From sequence record MN850621.1: 64,000 bases of DNA; one strand, given 5' to 3'. Positions 41,883-52,422 of the stretch are shown one piece after another. Origin of the DNA: Escherichia phage dhabil. Under the pieces are notes generated by a model, which searched no databases, had not been told where the DNA came from, and saw nothing but the letters and a program-made list of their open reading frames with translations. The stretch's first letter is position 1, and every line of letters starts with the position of its first letter. The translations under genes were made by a program, and so were the position numbers.

Positions 41883-42160
41883 TGGAAGATTTAATCGAAG
41901 CTATTAAATCAAACGACCTCGTAGCAGTTCGTAAAGCAGCAGCCCCGCTTATCGAATCTCGAGTAGCCGCTTTGATTGAAGCCCGTAAAGCAGAAATTGC
42001 TCGCTCCGTTATGATTGAAGGCGAAGAAGCCGACGAAGATGACGAAGACGAAGATAAAGACGAAAAATCCGATAAAGCAGATAAGAAAGACAAAAAAGAA
42101 TCTGACGATGCGGATGAAGGTGATGACGGCGATGATGATGAAGACGAGGACGACGAATAA
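41882..42160 (+). CDS. 67: prohead core protein gp67 with extended poly-acidic C-terminal tail
   Basis: 92 aa; C-terminus is almost entirely D/E/K; ATGA coupling to gene 20. Confidence 0.75.
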   Translation: MEDLIEAIKSNDLVAVRKAAAPLIESRVAALIEARKAEIARSVMIEGEEADEDDEDEDKDEKSDKADKKDKKESDDADEGDDGDDDEDEDDE

Positions 42161-42588
42161 TGTTCCTTATCCCTGATGATTACGAATTAACTCTAGAAAG
42201 CGTAGAGGCCAAAATTCCAGAAGCACAGGGACGTTTTGCTACTCTTTCTGAAGCCCTCGAGAAAAGCGATATAAATAATCTTGTAGAGAACATGATTGCT
42301 GATGGTGATATCGATACAGCTATCGCCATTGCCTCTTTGAATGAAAATATGGCTCTTAACGAATTTATCGTTAAGCACGTCTCTTCTAAAGGTGAGCTTA
42401 CTCGTACTAAAGATATTAAAACCCGTCAACGCAACGCTTATCAAACGACTGGGTTGTCTAAAGCAAAACGCCGTCAGATTGCTCGCAAAGCGTCTAAAAC
42501 CAAACGTGCTAACCCGTCTACTCAAGTACGTGCTGAACGTAAGCGTAAGAAAGCTCGTTCTAAACGTAAAGCCTTTGGACTTAACTAA
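42160..42588 (+). CDS. 68: prohead core protein gp68
   Basis: 142 aa, basic C-terminus; size and order as T4 gp68. Confidence 0.8.
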   Translation: MFLIPDDYELTLESVEAKIPEAQGRFATLSEALEKSDINNLVENMIADGDIDTAIAIASLNENMALNEFIVKHVSSKGELTRTKDIKTRQRNAYQTTGLSKAKRRQIARKASKTKRANPSTQVRAERKRKKARSKRKAFGLN

Positions 42589-43223
42589 TGAAACCTGAAT
42601 TGCTCATCGAACATTGGGGACAACCAGGTGAAATTATCGATGGGGTTCCGATGTTGGAATCTCATGATGGAAAAGATTCTGGACTTGCCCCGGGCCTTTA
42701 TATAGAAGGCATATTCATGCAAGCCGAAGTGGTTAACCGTAATAAACGCCTTTATCCAAAACCTATTTTGGAAAAAGCTGTTGCTGATTATATGGCAGAA
42801 CAGGTTGCTACTAAACAAGCTTTAGGAGAATTAAATCATCCGCCTCGTGCTAACGTCGACCCTATGCAAGCCGCTATTATTATTGAAGATATGTGGTGGA
42901 AAGGTAATGACGTTTATGGACGTGCTCGTATTATTGAAGGCGACCATGGTCCTGGTGATAAACTAGCTGCTAATATTAGAGCCGGTTGGGTGCCTGGTGT
43001 TAGTTCTCGTGGTCTAGGTTCTTTAACTGAAACCAATAAAGGATATAAGCGTGTAAACGAAGGTTATAAATTAACCGTCGGTGTTGATGCAGTATGGGGT
43101 CCATCTGCTCCTGATGCTTATGTAACTCCTAAACAAATTACAGAATCACAAACGGTAGATACCGATACCAGTGCCGATGACGCCTTTATGGCTCTCGCAG
43201 AGGCCATGAAAAAAGCGTTATAA
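42588..43223 (+). CDS. 21: prohead core scaffold protein and protease gp21
   Basis: 211 aa; size and order as T4 gp21 (212 aa). Confidence 0.9.
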   Translation: MKPELLIEHWGQPGEIIDGVPMLESHDGKDSGLAPGLYIEGIFMQAEVVNRNKRLYPKPILEKAVADYMAEQVATKQALGELNHPPRANVDPMQAAIIIEDMWWKGNDVYGRARIIEGDHGPGDKLAANIRAGWVPGVSSRGLGSLTETNKGYKRVNEGYKLTVGVDAVWGPSAPDAYVTPKQITESQTVDTDTSADDAFMALAEAMKKAL

Positions 43224-43226
43224 ATA
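43219..43226 (+). promoter_or_regulatory. late promoter TATAAATA for gene 22
   Basis: Exact consensus overlapping the gene 21 stop. Confidence 0.55.
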
Positions 43227-43253
43227 TTATTATCTAAACAACAGGACTACAAA

Positions 43254-44069
43254 ATGCTTAAAGAACAACTGATCGCCGAAGCACAGAATATTGATGCTTC
43301 CGTTGCTCTTGACAGTATTTTCGAATCAGTTAATATTTCTCCGGAAGCAAAAGAAACTTTCGGCACTGTATTCGAAGCTACCGTCAAGCAACACGCCGTT
43401 AAACTGGCTGAATCTCATATCGCTAAAATCGCTGAAAAAGCGGAAGAAGAAGTTGAGAAAAATAAAGAAGAAGCTGAAGAAAAAGCTGATAAGAAAATCC
43501 AAGAAGCTGCCGGTCGTTTCCTTGACCACGTCGCTAAAGAATGGATGGCTGAAAACCAGCTGGCTGTTGATAAAGGTATTAAAGCCGAACTGTTCGAATC
43601 CATGTTGATGGGTATGAAAGAACTGTTTGTTGAACATAACGTGGTTGTTCCAGAAGAAGCAGTAGACGTTGTCGCTGAAATGGAAGAAGAATTGGCTGAA
43701 CAGAAAGCTGAAACCGCTCGTTTGTTCGAAGAAGTTGGCAAGCGTGACGCATATATTAATTACGTACAGCGTGAACAAGCTGTTATGGAAGCAACCAAAG
43801 ACCTGACTGAATCTCAGAAAGAAAAAGTTAGTTCTCTGGTAGAAGGCATGGATTATTCCGATGCATTTGGTAAAAAAATTGGCGCTATCGTTGAAATGGT
43901 TAAGGGTCAGACCGACGTTGAAAAACCAATCACTGAAGCCGCTATAAATAAAACTGAAGACGATGCTGCAGCACTGAATTATATTTCGGAAGCAGTTGAA
44001 GAAAAAGGCGCTAAGCCTACCCTGTCCTTCGCGGACCTGTCTGCAATCGCAGCATCTCGAATTTCTTAA
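43254..44069 (+). CDS. 22: prohead core scaffold protein gp22
   Basis: 271 aa, E/K/A-rich helical; size and order as T4 gp22. Confidence 0.9.
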   Translation: MLKEQLIAEAQNIDASVALDSIFESVNISPEAKETFGTVFEATVKQHAVKLAESHIAKIAEKAEEEVEKNKEEAEEKADKKIQEAAGRFLDHVAKEWMAENQLAVDKGIKAELFESMLMGMKELFVEHNVVVPEEAVDVVAEMEEELAEQKAETARLFEEVGKRDAYINYVQREQAVMEATKDLTESQKEKVSSLVEGMDYSDAFGKKIGAIVEMVKGQTDVEKPITEAAINKTEDDAAALNYISEAVEEKGAKPTLSFADLSAIAASRIS

Positions 44070-44090
44070 TTTAATAAGGTTATACAACAC

Positions 44091-45650
44091 ATGAAAAAGA
44101 ATGCATTAGTACAAAAATGGTCCGCTCTGCTGGAAAACGAAGCTCTTCCTGAAATCGTTGGTGCTTCTAAACAAGCTATCATCGCTAAAATCTTTGAAAA
44201 CCAGGAACAAGATATTCTGACCGCTCCTGAATATCGTGACGAAAAAATCTCCGAAGCATTTGGTTCTTTCCTGACTGAAGCTGAAATCGGTGGTGACCAC
44301 GGTTATGATGCTACCAATATCGCAGCTGGCCAGACCTCTGGTGCTGTAACTCAGATTGGGCCGGCAGTAATGGGTATGGTTCGTCGTGCTATTCCTCATC
44401 TGATTGCTTTTGATATTTGTGGTGTTCAGCCTCTGAATAACCCTACCGGCCAGGTATTTGCACTGCGCGCAGTATACGGTAAAGACCCTATCGCTGCTGG
44501 CGCTAAAGAAGCTTTCCACCCGATGTATGCTCCGAATGCTATGTTCTCTGGTCAGGGTGCTGCTCAGACTTTTGAAGCACTGGCTGCAGGTAAAGTTCTG
44601 GAAGTTGGTAAAATTTATTCTCACTTCTTCGAAGCTACCGGTTCTGCACACTTCCAGGCTGTTGAAGCCGTAACCGTTGATGCTGCTGCTACCGATGCTG
44701 CTAAACTGGATGTTGCCGTAACCGCTCTGTTGGAAGCTGGTCAGCTGGCTGAATTGGCTGAAGGTATGGCTACTTCTATCGCTGAACTTCAGGAAGGCTT
44801 TAACGGTTCTCAGGACAACCCGTGGAACGAAATGGGCTTCCGTATCGATAAACAAGTTATCGAAGCTAAATCCCGTCAGCTGAAAGCAAGTTACTCCATC
44901 GAACTGGCACAGGACCTTCGTGCAGTACACGGTATGGATGCAGATGCTGAACTGTCCGGTATCCTTGCTACCGAAATTATGCTCGAAATCAACCGTGAAG
45001 TTATTGATTGGATTAACTACTCTGCACAGGTTGGTAAATCTGGTATGACCAACACCGTTGGCGCTAAAGCTGGTGTGTTTGACTTCCAGGACCCGATCGA
45101 TATCCGTGGTGCTCGTTGGGCCGGTGAGAGCTTTAAAGCCCTTCTGTTCCAGATTGATAAAGAAGCAGCCGAAATCGCTCGTCAGACCGGTCGTGGTGCT
45201 GGTAACTTCATCATCGCTTCCCGTAACGTAGTTAACGTACTGGCTGCAGTTGATACTTCTGTAAGTTATGCAGCTCAAGGTCTGGGTCAAGGTTTCAACG
45301 TTGACACCACTAAAGCAGTATTTGCCGGTGTTCTTGGTGGTAAATATCGCGTTTACATCGACCAGTATGCCCGTGCTGATTACTTCACCATCGGTTATAA
45401 AGGTTCCAACGAAATGGACGCAGGTATCTACTACGCCCCTTACGTTGCACTGACCCCGCTGCGCGGTTCCGATCCGAAGAACTTCCAGCCGGTAATGGGC
45501 TTCAAAACTCGTTACGGTATCGGTATTAACCCGTTCGCTGACCCAGCTGCTCAGGCACCTACCAAACGTATTCAGAATGGTATGCCGGACATCGTTAACA
45601 GCCTCGGTCTGAATGGTTACTTCCGTCGCGTTTATGTTAAAGGTATCTAA
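44091..45650 (+). CDS. 23: major capsid protein gp23
   Basis: 519 aa, roughly 85% identical to T4 gp23 by eye (…GSFLTEAEIGGDHGY…IAAGQTSGAVTQIGPAVMGMVRRAIP…). Confidence 0.97.
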   Translation: MKKNALVQKWSALLENEALPEIVGASKQAIIAKIFENQEQDILTAPEYRDEKISEAFGSFLTEAEIGGDHGYDATNIAAGQTSGAVTQIGPAVMGMVRRAIPHLIAFDICGVQPLNNPTGQVFALRAVYGKDPIAAGAKEAFHPMYAPNAMFSGQGAAQTFEALAAGKVLEVGKIYSHFFEATGSAHFQAVEAVTVDAAATDAAKLDVAVTALLEAGQLAELAEGMATSIAELQEGFNGSQDNPWNEMGFRIDKQVIEAKSRQLKASYSIELAQDLRAVHGMDADAELSGILATEIMLEINREVIDWINYSAQVGKSGMTNTVGAKAGVFDFQDPIDIRGARWAGESFKALLFQIDKEAAEIARQTGRGAGNFIIASRNVVNVLAAVDTSVSYAAQGLGQGFNVDTTKAVFAGVLGGKYRVYIDQYARADYFTIGYKGSNEMDAGIYYAPYVALTPLRGSDPKNFQPVMGFKTRYGIGINPFADPAAQAPTKRIQNGMPDIVNSLGLNGYFRRVYVKGI

Positions 45651-45666
45651 GACCTAACCTTATTAT

Positions 45667-45695
45667 GGGAGACTTCGGTCTCCCATTCTTGTTTC
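45667..45695 (+). terminator. rho-independent terminator after gene 23 (gggagac-UUCG-gucuccc + U-rich tract)
   Basis: 7-bp stem, UUCG tetraloop, followed by attcttgtttc. Confidence 0.7.
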
Positions 45696-45737
45696 TGTAC
45701 TATAGTAACACGTGGGAACCTTGCTGTAAACAACTTT

Positions 45738-45745
45738 TATAAATA
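45738..45745 (+). promoter_or_regulatory. late promoter TATAAATA for gene 24
   Basis: Exact consensus ~28 nt upstream of the ATG. Confidence 0.55.
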
Positions 45746-45773
45746 AACATATACCCTCAATAAGGAAAGCGCA

Positions 45774-47057
45774 ATGGCAAAGATTAACGAATTACTGCGC
45801 GAGTCAACAACTACTACCAGCAACTCATTGGGTCGCCCTAATCTTGTTGCTTTGACCCGTGCTACCACTAAACTAATTTATCGCGATATCATCGCTGAAC
45901 AACGTACAAACCAACCTATCGCTGCGTTGTATGGTGTCAAATATCTTACCCCTGATAATGAATTCAGTTTCCAAACCGGTGCAGTTTATGGTGGTGAAGT
46001 TGGTTCTAAAGACCGTGAAACTATCCCGGAACTCACAGATAAAGCCCAGGCGATTGCCAAGGGTGACTACTTTAAGTATCAGAATGTGGTTTATAAGGCT
46101 CTTCAAGCAAGCCCACTCGCATCCACTAGCGCTACAGAATTGGCCGATGCTCTTCAAGAAGGTTTGGTGTCATTAACGTGTCGTTTGGTTCCTGATGCAG
46201 CCCATACCACTAAATTTGAAGAGAGTGATGTAGAAATCTCTGATGCTGTATTCCAGGTTAATAAATGGAATGCCCCTGTTAAGACCCGTAAATTGAAGAC
46301 TGCTTTGACCGTAGAATTAGCACAGGATATGGAATCAAATGGCTTCGACGCCCCTGCATTCTTAGAAGACCTCCTGGCTACAGTAATGGCAGATGAAATT
46401 AATAAAGATGTTCTGCAATCCCTAATAACCGTATCCAAACGCTATAAAGTTACGGGTGTATCTGATAATGGCATCATCGATTTGACTTATGATAGTGCTC
46501 CAGAATCTGCACGTAAACTTTATGAAATTGTTTGTGAGATGAATTCTGAAATCCAGAAAACTACTTCTTATTCGGGTACGTTTGTTGTGGCTTCAAGTCG
46601 TGTGGCTGCAATGCTTGCAGGTTCTGGCTGGTTAAAACATAGACCTGAAGATAATAATTGGCTCCCAGAAACGGCCTATGGTTATTTGTTGAATGGATTA
46701 CCTCTGTTCTGTGACGTTAACAGCCCATTGGATTATGTTATCGTAGGTGTTAAAGAGAACTATGGTGGTAATGAAGTTGTCGGTTCTATTTTCTATGCCC
46801 CATATACAGAAGGCCTGGATTTAGACGACCAAGAACACGTTGGTGCTTATAAGGTTATTGTCGACCCGGATTCATTACAGCCTTCTATTTCTCTGATGGT
46901 TCGTTATGCACTGTCCGCTAACCCGTACACCGTAGCTAAAGACGATAAAGAAGCTCGTGTTATCGATGCAACCAATATGGATTTAATGGCTGGTCAGAGT
47001 AATATGTCTTATCTGCTTGGTGTTAAACTTCCAGCAATTATTTACGAGGCTGATTAA
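45774..47057 (+). CDS. 24: capsid vertex protein gp24 (ortholog copy)
   Basis: 427 aa, same length as T4 gp24 and high identity (MAKINELLRESTTT.SNS.GRPNLVALTRATTKLIY…). Confidence 0.9.
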   Translation: MAKINELLRESTTTTSNSLGRPNLVALTRATTKLIYRDIIAEQRTNQPIAALYGVKYLTPDNEFSFQTGAVYGGEVGSKDRETIPELTDKAQAIAKGDYFKYQNVVYKALQASPLASTSATELADALQEGLVSLTCRLVPDAAHTTKFEESDVEISDAVFQVNKWNAPVKTRKLKTALTVELAQDMESNGFDAPAFLEDLLATVMADEINKDVLQSLITVSKRYKVTGVSDNGIIDLTYDSAPESARKLYEIVCEMNSEIQKTTSYSGTFVVASSRVAAMLAGSGWLKHRPEDNNWLPETAYGYLLNGLPLFCDVNSPLDYVIVGVKENYGGNEVVGSIFYAPYTEGLDLDDQEHVGAYKVIVDPDSLQPSISLMVRYALSANPYTVAKDDKEARVIDATNMDLMAGQSNMSYLLGVKLPAIIYEAD

Positions 47058-48337
47058 TGTCTAAGATTATAGACCTAATTAAAGAATCCACATTGACGGC
47101 TGCCAACTCGGTTGGCCGTCCTGCTCTTCTTTCATACACCCAAGCAACTAATAAACGAATCTTTAAAGCCCTAGTTGCTGAACAAAAAACAAGCCAACCT
47201 GTTGCTGCTCTGTACGGGGTTCGTGTACTTAACCCTGACGACAAAATGACTTATCTTGGTGGCGCTACATTTGCAGGCCAGATTGGTATGTCGGAACGTG
47301 AAAATATTCCTGAATTTACCGATTCGTCTACAGCTTATGCAGCCGGCGATATGTTCCAGTTTGAAAGTGTAGTGTTTAAAGTTCTAGAAGCATCTCCTTT
47401 CGCCGGAACCACGGAAACCGACCTCGGTGAAGTTATTTCTGAAGCAGTGGCCGCTGGGCATATTCGTATGGTATCAGATGCTGCTATTACTTCTAAATTC
47501 GAACAAGGCCATCCTGAAATTGCTGAAGCAGGCTTCCGTATTGACAAATGGCAATCTGAAGTTAAATCACGTAAACTGAAAACTTCATTGACAGTCGAAT
47601 TGGCCCAAGACCTAGAATCAAACGGGTTTAATGCTCCTAATTTCATTGAAAATCTGCTAGGCATTCAAATGGCAGAAGAAATTAATAAGGACGTATTACA
47701 GTCATTAATTACAGTGAGTTCTCGTTTTAAAGTCCAGGGTGTTTCTGAAAAGGGCGTATTGGACCTTACTAACCCACGTTATGATAATGCCCAGGACCGT
47801 GCTCGTACATTATATTATTACATGTGTGAGATGAACTCTGCCGTCCAACGTCAAACTTCTTTCGCTGGGACTTATGCCGTAGCTAGTTCTCGTTGTGCTG
47901 CTATTCTCGCTGCATCCGGTTGGGTTGAGAAAAAGGAAGACCAAGATGAATTGGCTTATGGTGTATTAAAGAATGGTCTACCTCTTTATGCCGATATGAA
48001 TAGTCCATGTGATTATGTTATTGTTGGTGTAAATGCTCAGATGGGTGAAGGACAGACGGTCGCATCTTTATATTATGCGCCTTATACGGAAGGTTTGGAT
48101 GTGGTTGATGAAGAAGGTGATACTTCAGTAGGTGAATTTAAGGTTATTGTTGACCCAGAAAGCTTACAACCTACAGTAGCATTGCTTGCTCGTTATGCAT
48201 TGACTGCAAACCCTTATACCGTCGCTAAGGACGATAAAGAAGCCCGCATTATTGATGGTTCTGATATGGACAAAATGGCTAACCAAAGCCAGTTGAGTTC
48301 TTATCTCGGTGTTAAACTTCCACCACTAGAAAAATAA
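47057..48337 (+). CDS. capsid vertex protein gp24 paralog (second tandem copy)
   Basis: 426 aa, roughly half identical to the upstream gp24 copy by eye; ATGA-coupled to it. Confidence 0.8.
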   Translation: MSKIIDLIKESTLTAANSVGRPALLSYTQATNKRIFKALVAEQKTSQPVAALYGVRVLNPDDKMTYLGGATFAGQIGMSERENIPEFTDSSTAYAAGDMFQFESVVFKVLEASPFAGTTETDLGEVISEAVAAGHIRMVSDAAITSKFEQGHPEIAEAGFRIDKWQSEVKSRKLKTSLTVELAQDLESNGFNAPNFIENLLGIQMAEEINKDVLQSLITVSSRFKVQGVSEKGVLDLTNPRYDNAQDRARTLYYYMCEMNSAVQRQTSFAGTYAVASSRCAAILAASGWVEKKEDQDELAYGVLKNGLPLYADMNSPCDYVIVGVNAQMGEGQTVASLYYAPYTEGLDVVDEEGDTSVGEFKVIVDPESLQPTVALLARYALTANPYTVAKDDKEARIIDGSDMDKMANQSQLSSYLGVKLPPLEK

Positions 48338-48338
48338 A

Positions 48339-48363
48339 AGGGACCGTAAGGTCCCTTTATTGT
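48339..48363. terminator. bidirectional rho-independent terminator between the gene 24 paralog (+) and rnlB (-)
   Basis: Hairpin gggacc-GUAA-ggtccc flanked by A-rich 5' and T-rich 3' tracts. Confidence 0.65.
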
Positions 48364-49371
48364 TTATTTGGATACTAATTCAATCCATACAGCTCGTAGC
48401 GTATCTTTAACGCACTCAATAAGCTGCTTTTTAACTTCAACAGGGTTTTCTGCATCGGTTAATTCTAATTCTTCGCGGGCTGCCTCTTCCAAAATATCTT
48501 GGACCGTCAGTCCCATTACCTTTCCAAAATCTTTAGGTGATACTTCACCAATCTTACTGATAACGTTGTTAATACGGTTAACAGTCACATAATCTGTGAA
48601 TTGTTGTAATAAATCTAAATCGTCTTGGGATAATACTACTGCAACTTTAATAGGCTTATCAGATTTTTTCTTCTCGCTGAATTTAGAGTTCTTGCATTTA
48701 ATTGCTACACGATTTCCATTAGGCAGCCAAAGCGGATAACAAGGTTTTAATACGTACCCTTCAGCGGTAAATACTTCGCCTTTTGCTTCGGCATTCCACA
48801 CATGAGCATTAGCTTCGGCTAGCCCGACATTATCTACTGTAAAATTATAATCAGGAAGGACGGAATCTAAATCATTTGGCAATTTAATAAGGTCTTCAAA
48901 TTTACCACGACCTAAAAGTGGTGCCATTTTAAATTTGAACGTCTTACAAAATGATTCCATCATATAATCGTCGACATAAGTCACATCGCCGCTTTCGGTG
49001 GTAACAATAATGTCAAATACATAAAAATCTTTATCACCGTAATCAACGTTCTTCTGAATGCCTGTTCCAGCGAATTCACCGAAAACTTGATAAGATACGG
49101 CTGCTGAAGTTTCCATAATATCTTGTATAGATTTAATAGAATCAGCGTAGTTCTTAAGTACAATTTCATAACCATAGAAATCTTCAGCAGGGAGAATTGG
49201 GCCAGTGCGCTTGGCGCATGTGACTGCGTCACGTTCTATGATTAAACTAAAGTTGGTTCCATGAATCTTCTCACGTGCTACCCATTCACCACCAGTCAAA
49301 CCATTGGTACGGAGTTTTTCGATAAACTTACTGTTGTAGTGGTTTTCCAGACTGCTATATTTCTTGAACAT
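48364..49371 (-). CDS. rnlB: RNA ligase 2 (Rnl2)
   Basis: 335 aa, high identity to T4 Rnl2 ([20 protein letters not shown]…, nucleotidyltransferase motif KIHGTN). Confidence 0.92.
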   Translation of the reverse strand: MFKKYSSLENHYNSKFIEKLRTNGLTGGEWVAREKIHGTNFSLIIERDAVTCAKRTGPILPAEDFYGYEIVLKNYADSIKSIQDIMETSAAVSYQVFGEFAGTGIQKNVDYGDKDFYVFDIIVTTESGDVTYVDDYMMESFCKTFKFKMAPLLGRGKFEDLIKLPNDLDSVLPDYNFTVDNVGLAEANAHVWNAEAKGEVFTAEGYVLKPCYPLWLPNGNRVAIKCKNSKFSEKKKSDKPIKVAVVLSQDDLDLLQQFTDYVTVNRINNVISKIGEVSPKDFGKVMGLTVQDILEEAAREELELTDAENPVEVKKQLIECVKDTLRAVWIELVSK

Positions 49372-49485
49372 AAATCACCATAATAAATATAATTAAATAG
49401 AAGAGCTAGTAATCTTCTGTCACCAAGCCAAATGGTTTAACGGAAGGACCTAGACCCATTATAACACACCTAAATTTAAAGCATA

Positions 49486-49737
49486 TTACTTTAGACCAAA
49501 AACGCGCTTTGCGCTGACCTTTTTGTTGTTTAATCTTTTACGATACACAACTTTCTCTTTTGCTTTAAACTTGGCCTTAGCATTCTCAACTTCGGCCCAG
49601 GCTTTAGCCATATCTCTGGCAGTTCCGCCAATCTTTTTAGCAATATCAATAAAATTCATACCCGATTCATGTAAAAAATGTACTTTAATCTTATCCATAA
49701 CAGTTCTCTTGTGATTTGAACTATTCAATAGTAACAT
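49486..49737 (-). CDS. hypothetical small basic protein, possible DNA-binding (24.2/24.3 region)
   Basis: 83 aa ORF; start may instead be the internal ATG at 49698 (MDKIKVHF…). Confidence 0.4.
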   Translation of the reverse strand: MLLLNSSNHKRTVMDKIKVHFLHESGMNFIDIAKKIGGTARDMAKAWAEVENAKAKFKAKEKVVYRKRLNNKKVSAKRVFGLK

Positions 49738-49767
49738 GAGAATTTTAACTTGTAAACAGGAGATTTT

Positions 49768-51273
49768 ATGTCAGACAATCCATTATACGGGCATGATGGT
49801 AGAGGCCACTTTAGAGGCGTATCATTAGTAGAAGTTCCACAGAACAAATCATTGGAATTTGTGGACATACTCACTAGTGAAAGCACCTTAGACCCTACTA
49901 TGCTAGATTCTTCTCAAAGCTATGGACTTGAATTTATAAAACAAGCTTCTAGGGAAGGCGCGTTGGCCCATTTAGGTATAACTAATGAGATGCTAACACC
50001 TGGTACTGAAGGTCCACAAGGCCCTAAAGGAGACCCAGGGCCGCAAGGTATTCAAGGTAACCCCGGTCCTAAAGGAGAAAAGGGCGAACCAGGACCAGTA
50101 GGTCCAGAAGGTCCTAAAGGAGACCCGGGTTCACCAGGAAAAGAAGGCCCTCAGGGTTTACAAGGGGCCCAAGGAGAAGTAGGACCGCAAGGACCACAAG
50201 GTCCTATAGGCCCGGCAGGTTTGGTGTGGAAGGGAGCCTGGGATGAATCTACCCAATACTCTAAAGACGATGCAGTTGGATACCAGGGAGCTTCTTATTT
50301 TTGCATCAGTTCTAATACAGGAACAATACCTCCTAGCGAAGGAGTTTGGGCACTATTGGCTAATATCGGTGCACCAGGTCCTCAAGGACCAACAGGCCCA
50401 ACCGGCCCTCAAGGTCCACAAGGCGCGCCAGGCCAAGATGGTAATGGGTTTATCTGGGCCGGAAACTGGGCCCTTGGTTCGTCTTATTATATAAACGATT
50501 TGGTCCAGTGCGAAGGGTCTTCTTGGATTTGTATCCAGGATAATATAGCAAATAATGATAGTTATCCTGGGAGTGGAGACCTGTGGGCCGATTATTGGAA
50601 TTTATTTGTAAAAGAAGGGCGTCCAGGAAATCCCGGAGAAGATGGTGCACCTGGAGAGCAAGGTGCCCAAGGACCGCAAGGCGACCCAGGTCCTAAAGGT
50701 GAAAAGGGTGAACCCGGGCCACAAGGTATTCAAGGTCCTATAGGTCCTGCAGGTGCGCCAGGCAAAGATGCAGTATTTGATGTCGATTCTTTAACCCAGT
50801 CTCAATTAAAATCTTTATATGATAAACTTTTCCCATTCTATCCACCTAGATATTGGAAAGGCTCTTTAAGATTTGATAAGCCTCTGAACACTTCAGAGTG
50901 GAAGGAAATACGTTTGTGGGACCTTAATATGGTTCTTCATGTTCGCATGTACTCATCTGTAGGCATCCATATAAGGGCTACTAATGCAGGTCTTACTAAT
51001 AGGCTTGATATTAAAAGATTTACCAACTATGAAAACGGAATAGAATGTGCCAACTGGAGTAATGTGTTGTGGTCATCATCTCCTGAATTATTCGACGATT
51101 TGGCTTATTCTAGTGCAAGACAATTTAACCGTTACGAAATATTTGACCGTGATACTAGAAAATACTACACTGTATCTGTGTTTATTGTAGGCGGCCCTCT
51201 TAATACGACTACAGATATCCCTGTTGAAGTTTTATTTTCTGTCGAAGACCATACCAATATGAGCACGTTTTAA
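49768..51273 (+). CDS. collagen-like protein with two chitin-binding-type (CBM5/12-like) modules and a C-terminal globular domain
   Basis: 501 aa; three Gly-X-Y blocks (about nt 50002-50194, 50347-50424, 50623-50769) separated by W…Y…D.V.Y.G..Y.C modules; SD AGGAG. Confidence 0.8.
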   Translation: MSDNPLYGHDGRGHFRGVSLVEVPQNKSLEFVDILTSESTLDPTMLDSSQSYGLEFIKQASREGALAHLGITNEMLTPGTEGPQGPKGDPGPQGIQGNPGPKGEKGEPGPVGPEGPKGDPGSPGKEGPQGLQGAQGEVGPQGPQGPIGPAGLVWKGAWDESTQYSKDDAVGYQGASYFCISSNTGTIPPSEGVWALLANIGAPGPQGPTGPTGPQGPQGAPGQDGNGFIWAGNWALGSSYYINDLVQCEGSSWICIQDNIANNDSYPGSGDLWADYWNLFVKEGRPGNPGEDGAPGEQGAQGPQGDPGPKGEKGEPGPQGIQGPIGPAGAPGKDAVFDVDSLTQSQLKSLYDKLFPFYPPRYWKGSLRFDKPLNTSEWKEIRLWDLNMVLHVRMYSSVGIHIRATNAGLTNRLDIKRFTNYENGIECANWSNVLWSSSPELFDDLAYSSARQFNRYEIFDRDTRKYYTVSVFIVGGPLNTTTDIPVEVLFSVEDHTNMSTF

Positions 51274-51282
51274 GGAGGTTAA

Positions 51283-52149
51283 ATGATTGTACTTAAAATA
51301 AATGGTCCTAGATATGAATTGGTTGGCAGGACAGTAACCTTTTATACCGGGTTTGTATTACCACCCGGTTCTACTCTAGATGACGTAGAAATTAATTGGT
51401 ATAAAAACGATGTCCATATTCCACAACTTCCTACCGAAGACCCTTTTGAATTAAATTTATGGGAAGTAGGATTCCCGGCGGCAGGAACATTTTATGCGAC
51501 CATAACAAATAAGAAAAGTGGTGAAATAACAAAGAGTAACGAAATAGAACTTGAAATAGGTACCCTTCCAAGAAGAATAGTCCTAGATATAAACTCTAGG
51601 GAATTAATATATGCCAATATAGGAGAAACAGTTTCACTTCGCCCGTCGTGTAGAGTGGAACCCACTTATGCCGAAAGAATTTGTAGATGGTATAGAGATG
51701 GAGTAGAATTATCTAAAGACGAAGATATTGATATATTAATAGACGACCCTGATAAATTTGGAGATTATACATTAAAATCTATAGCGACCTGCGAAGGAGC
51801 ATATATCCCTGCTTCTGAAGAACTTTTAGTTGAAATAAAACCTAGGGATGATGTATTGCAGTGCCCTTTCATATATGATAACGACCTTAATGCTTATTTA
51901 CCATATGGCGGTGGAAGAAATGAATCGTATATGTGGATAGGTTGGTGGGTATGGGACGAAATAAGAGAAGCCGTTAGATTGGGAGAAGATTGGACTTTGG
52001 ATATAAACAACAGCCCATACAAGTATAAATGTGAGTTACAAAAAGTAGCCGACCTTTTGTCTAAGTATCCTGAAGTAGAGATACAAGAGTCGAGAAATGG
52101 CTACATCTTAGAAAGGAAAGACTTAGTTTACGTCCCTCCTGAAAAATAA
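51283..52149 (+). CDS. Hoc-like capsid decoration protein paralog (novel N-terminal domains + Hoc capsid-binding C-terminus)
   Basis: 288 aa; C-terminal ~75 aa (YMWIGWWVWDEI…YPEVEIQESRNGYILER) matches the C-terminus of the Hoc protein on the opposite strand; coupled to the collagen gene (TAAGGAGGTTAAATG). Confidence 0.7.
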   Translation: MIVLKINGPRYELVGRTVTFYTGFVLPPGSTLDDVEINWYKNDVHIPQLPTEDPFELNLWEVGFPAAGTFYATITNKKSGEITKSNEIELEIGTLPRRIVLDINSRELIYANIGETVSLRPSCRVEPTYAERICRWYRDGVELSKDEDIDILIDDPDKFGDYTLKSIATCEGAYIPASEELLVEIKPRDDVLQCPFIYDNDLNAYLPYGGGRNESYMWIGWWVWDEIREAVRLGEDWTLDINNSPYKYKCELQKVADLLSKYPEVEIQESRNGYILERKDLVYVPPEK

Positions 52150-52153
52150 TAAA

Positions 52154-52172
52154 GGGCCTACGGGCCCTTTTT
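52154..52172 (+). terminator. rho-independent terminator after the Hoc-like paralog
   Basis: Hairpin gggcc-UACG-ggccc followed by ttttt. Confidence 0.6.
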
Positions 52173-52337
52173 GGTATGTAAAATTTTATCTATAGTAGCT
52201 ATTATCCCAAAAAAGGAACTAATGCATGTGAAAAGAGCCAATATAGAAGCAAACAACCCACTAGTTAATGAAATTAACGAAAACAAAAACAGCACTATAA
52301 AGAAAACCAACAACCCTATATCTTTGTTAAATTTCAT
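52158..52337 (-). CDS. small hydrophobic membrane protein (59 aa)
   Basis: Below the track cutoff; manual translation MKFNKDIGLLVFFIVLFLFSLISLTSGLFASILALFTCISSFFGIIATIDKILHTKKGP; SD AGGTGG 4 nt upstream of ATG. Confidence 0.4.
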   Translation of the reverse strand: MKFNKDIGLLVFFIVLFLFSLISLTSGLFASILALFTCISSFFGIIATIDKILHTKKGP

Positions 52338-52404
52338 ATATCCACCTATTAAAAATTATTCGTCAATAACTTAATCTCCCGAAACATTATCATAAACTAA
52401 ATAA

Positions 52405-52418
52405 GGGCCTTGCGGCCC
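52405..52418 (-). terminator. hairpin terminator downstream of hoc
   Basis: gggcc-GCAA-ggccc followed on minus strand by ttattt. Confidence 0.45.
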
Positions 52419-52422
52419 TTTA

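Noticed and set aside
43326-45290. Long minus-strand ORFs (254 aa and 394 aa) antisense to genes 22 and 23
   Set aside because: They lie entirely within highly conserved plus-strand capsid genes, have no RBS, and their low-complexity translations are typical of antisense frames in biased-composition DNA
52171-52374. 67-aa plus-strand ORF between the Hoc-like genes
   Set aside because: No RBS and it starts inside a terminator hairpin; the overlapping minus-strand 59-aa membrane ORF with a strong SD is the better call
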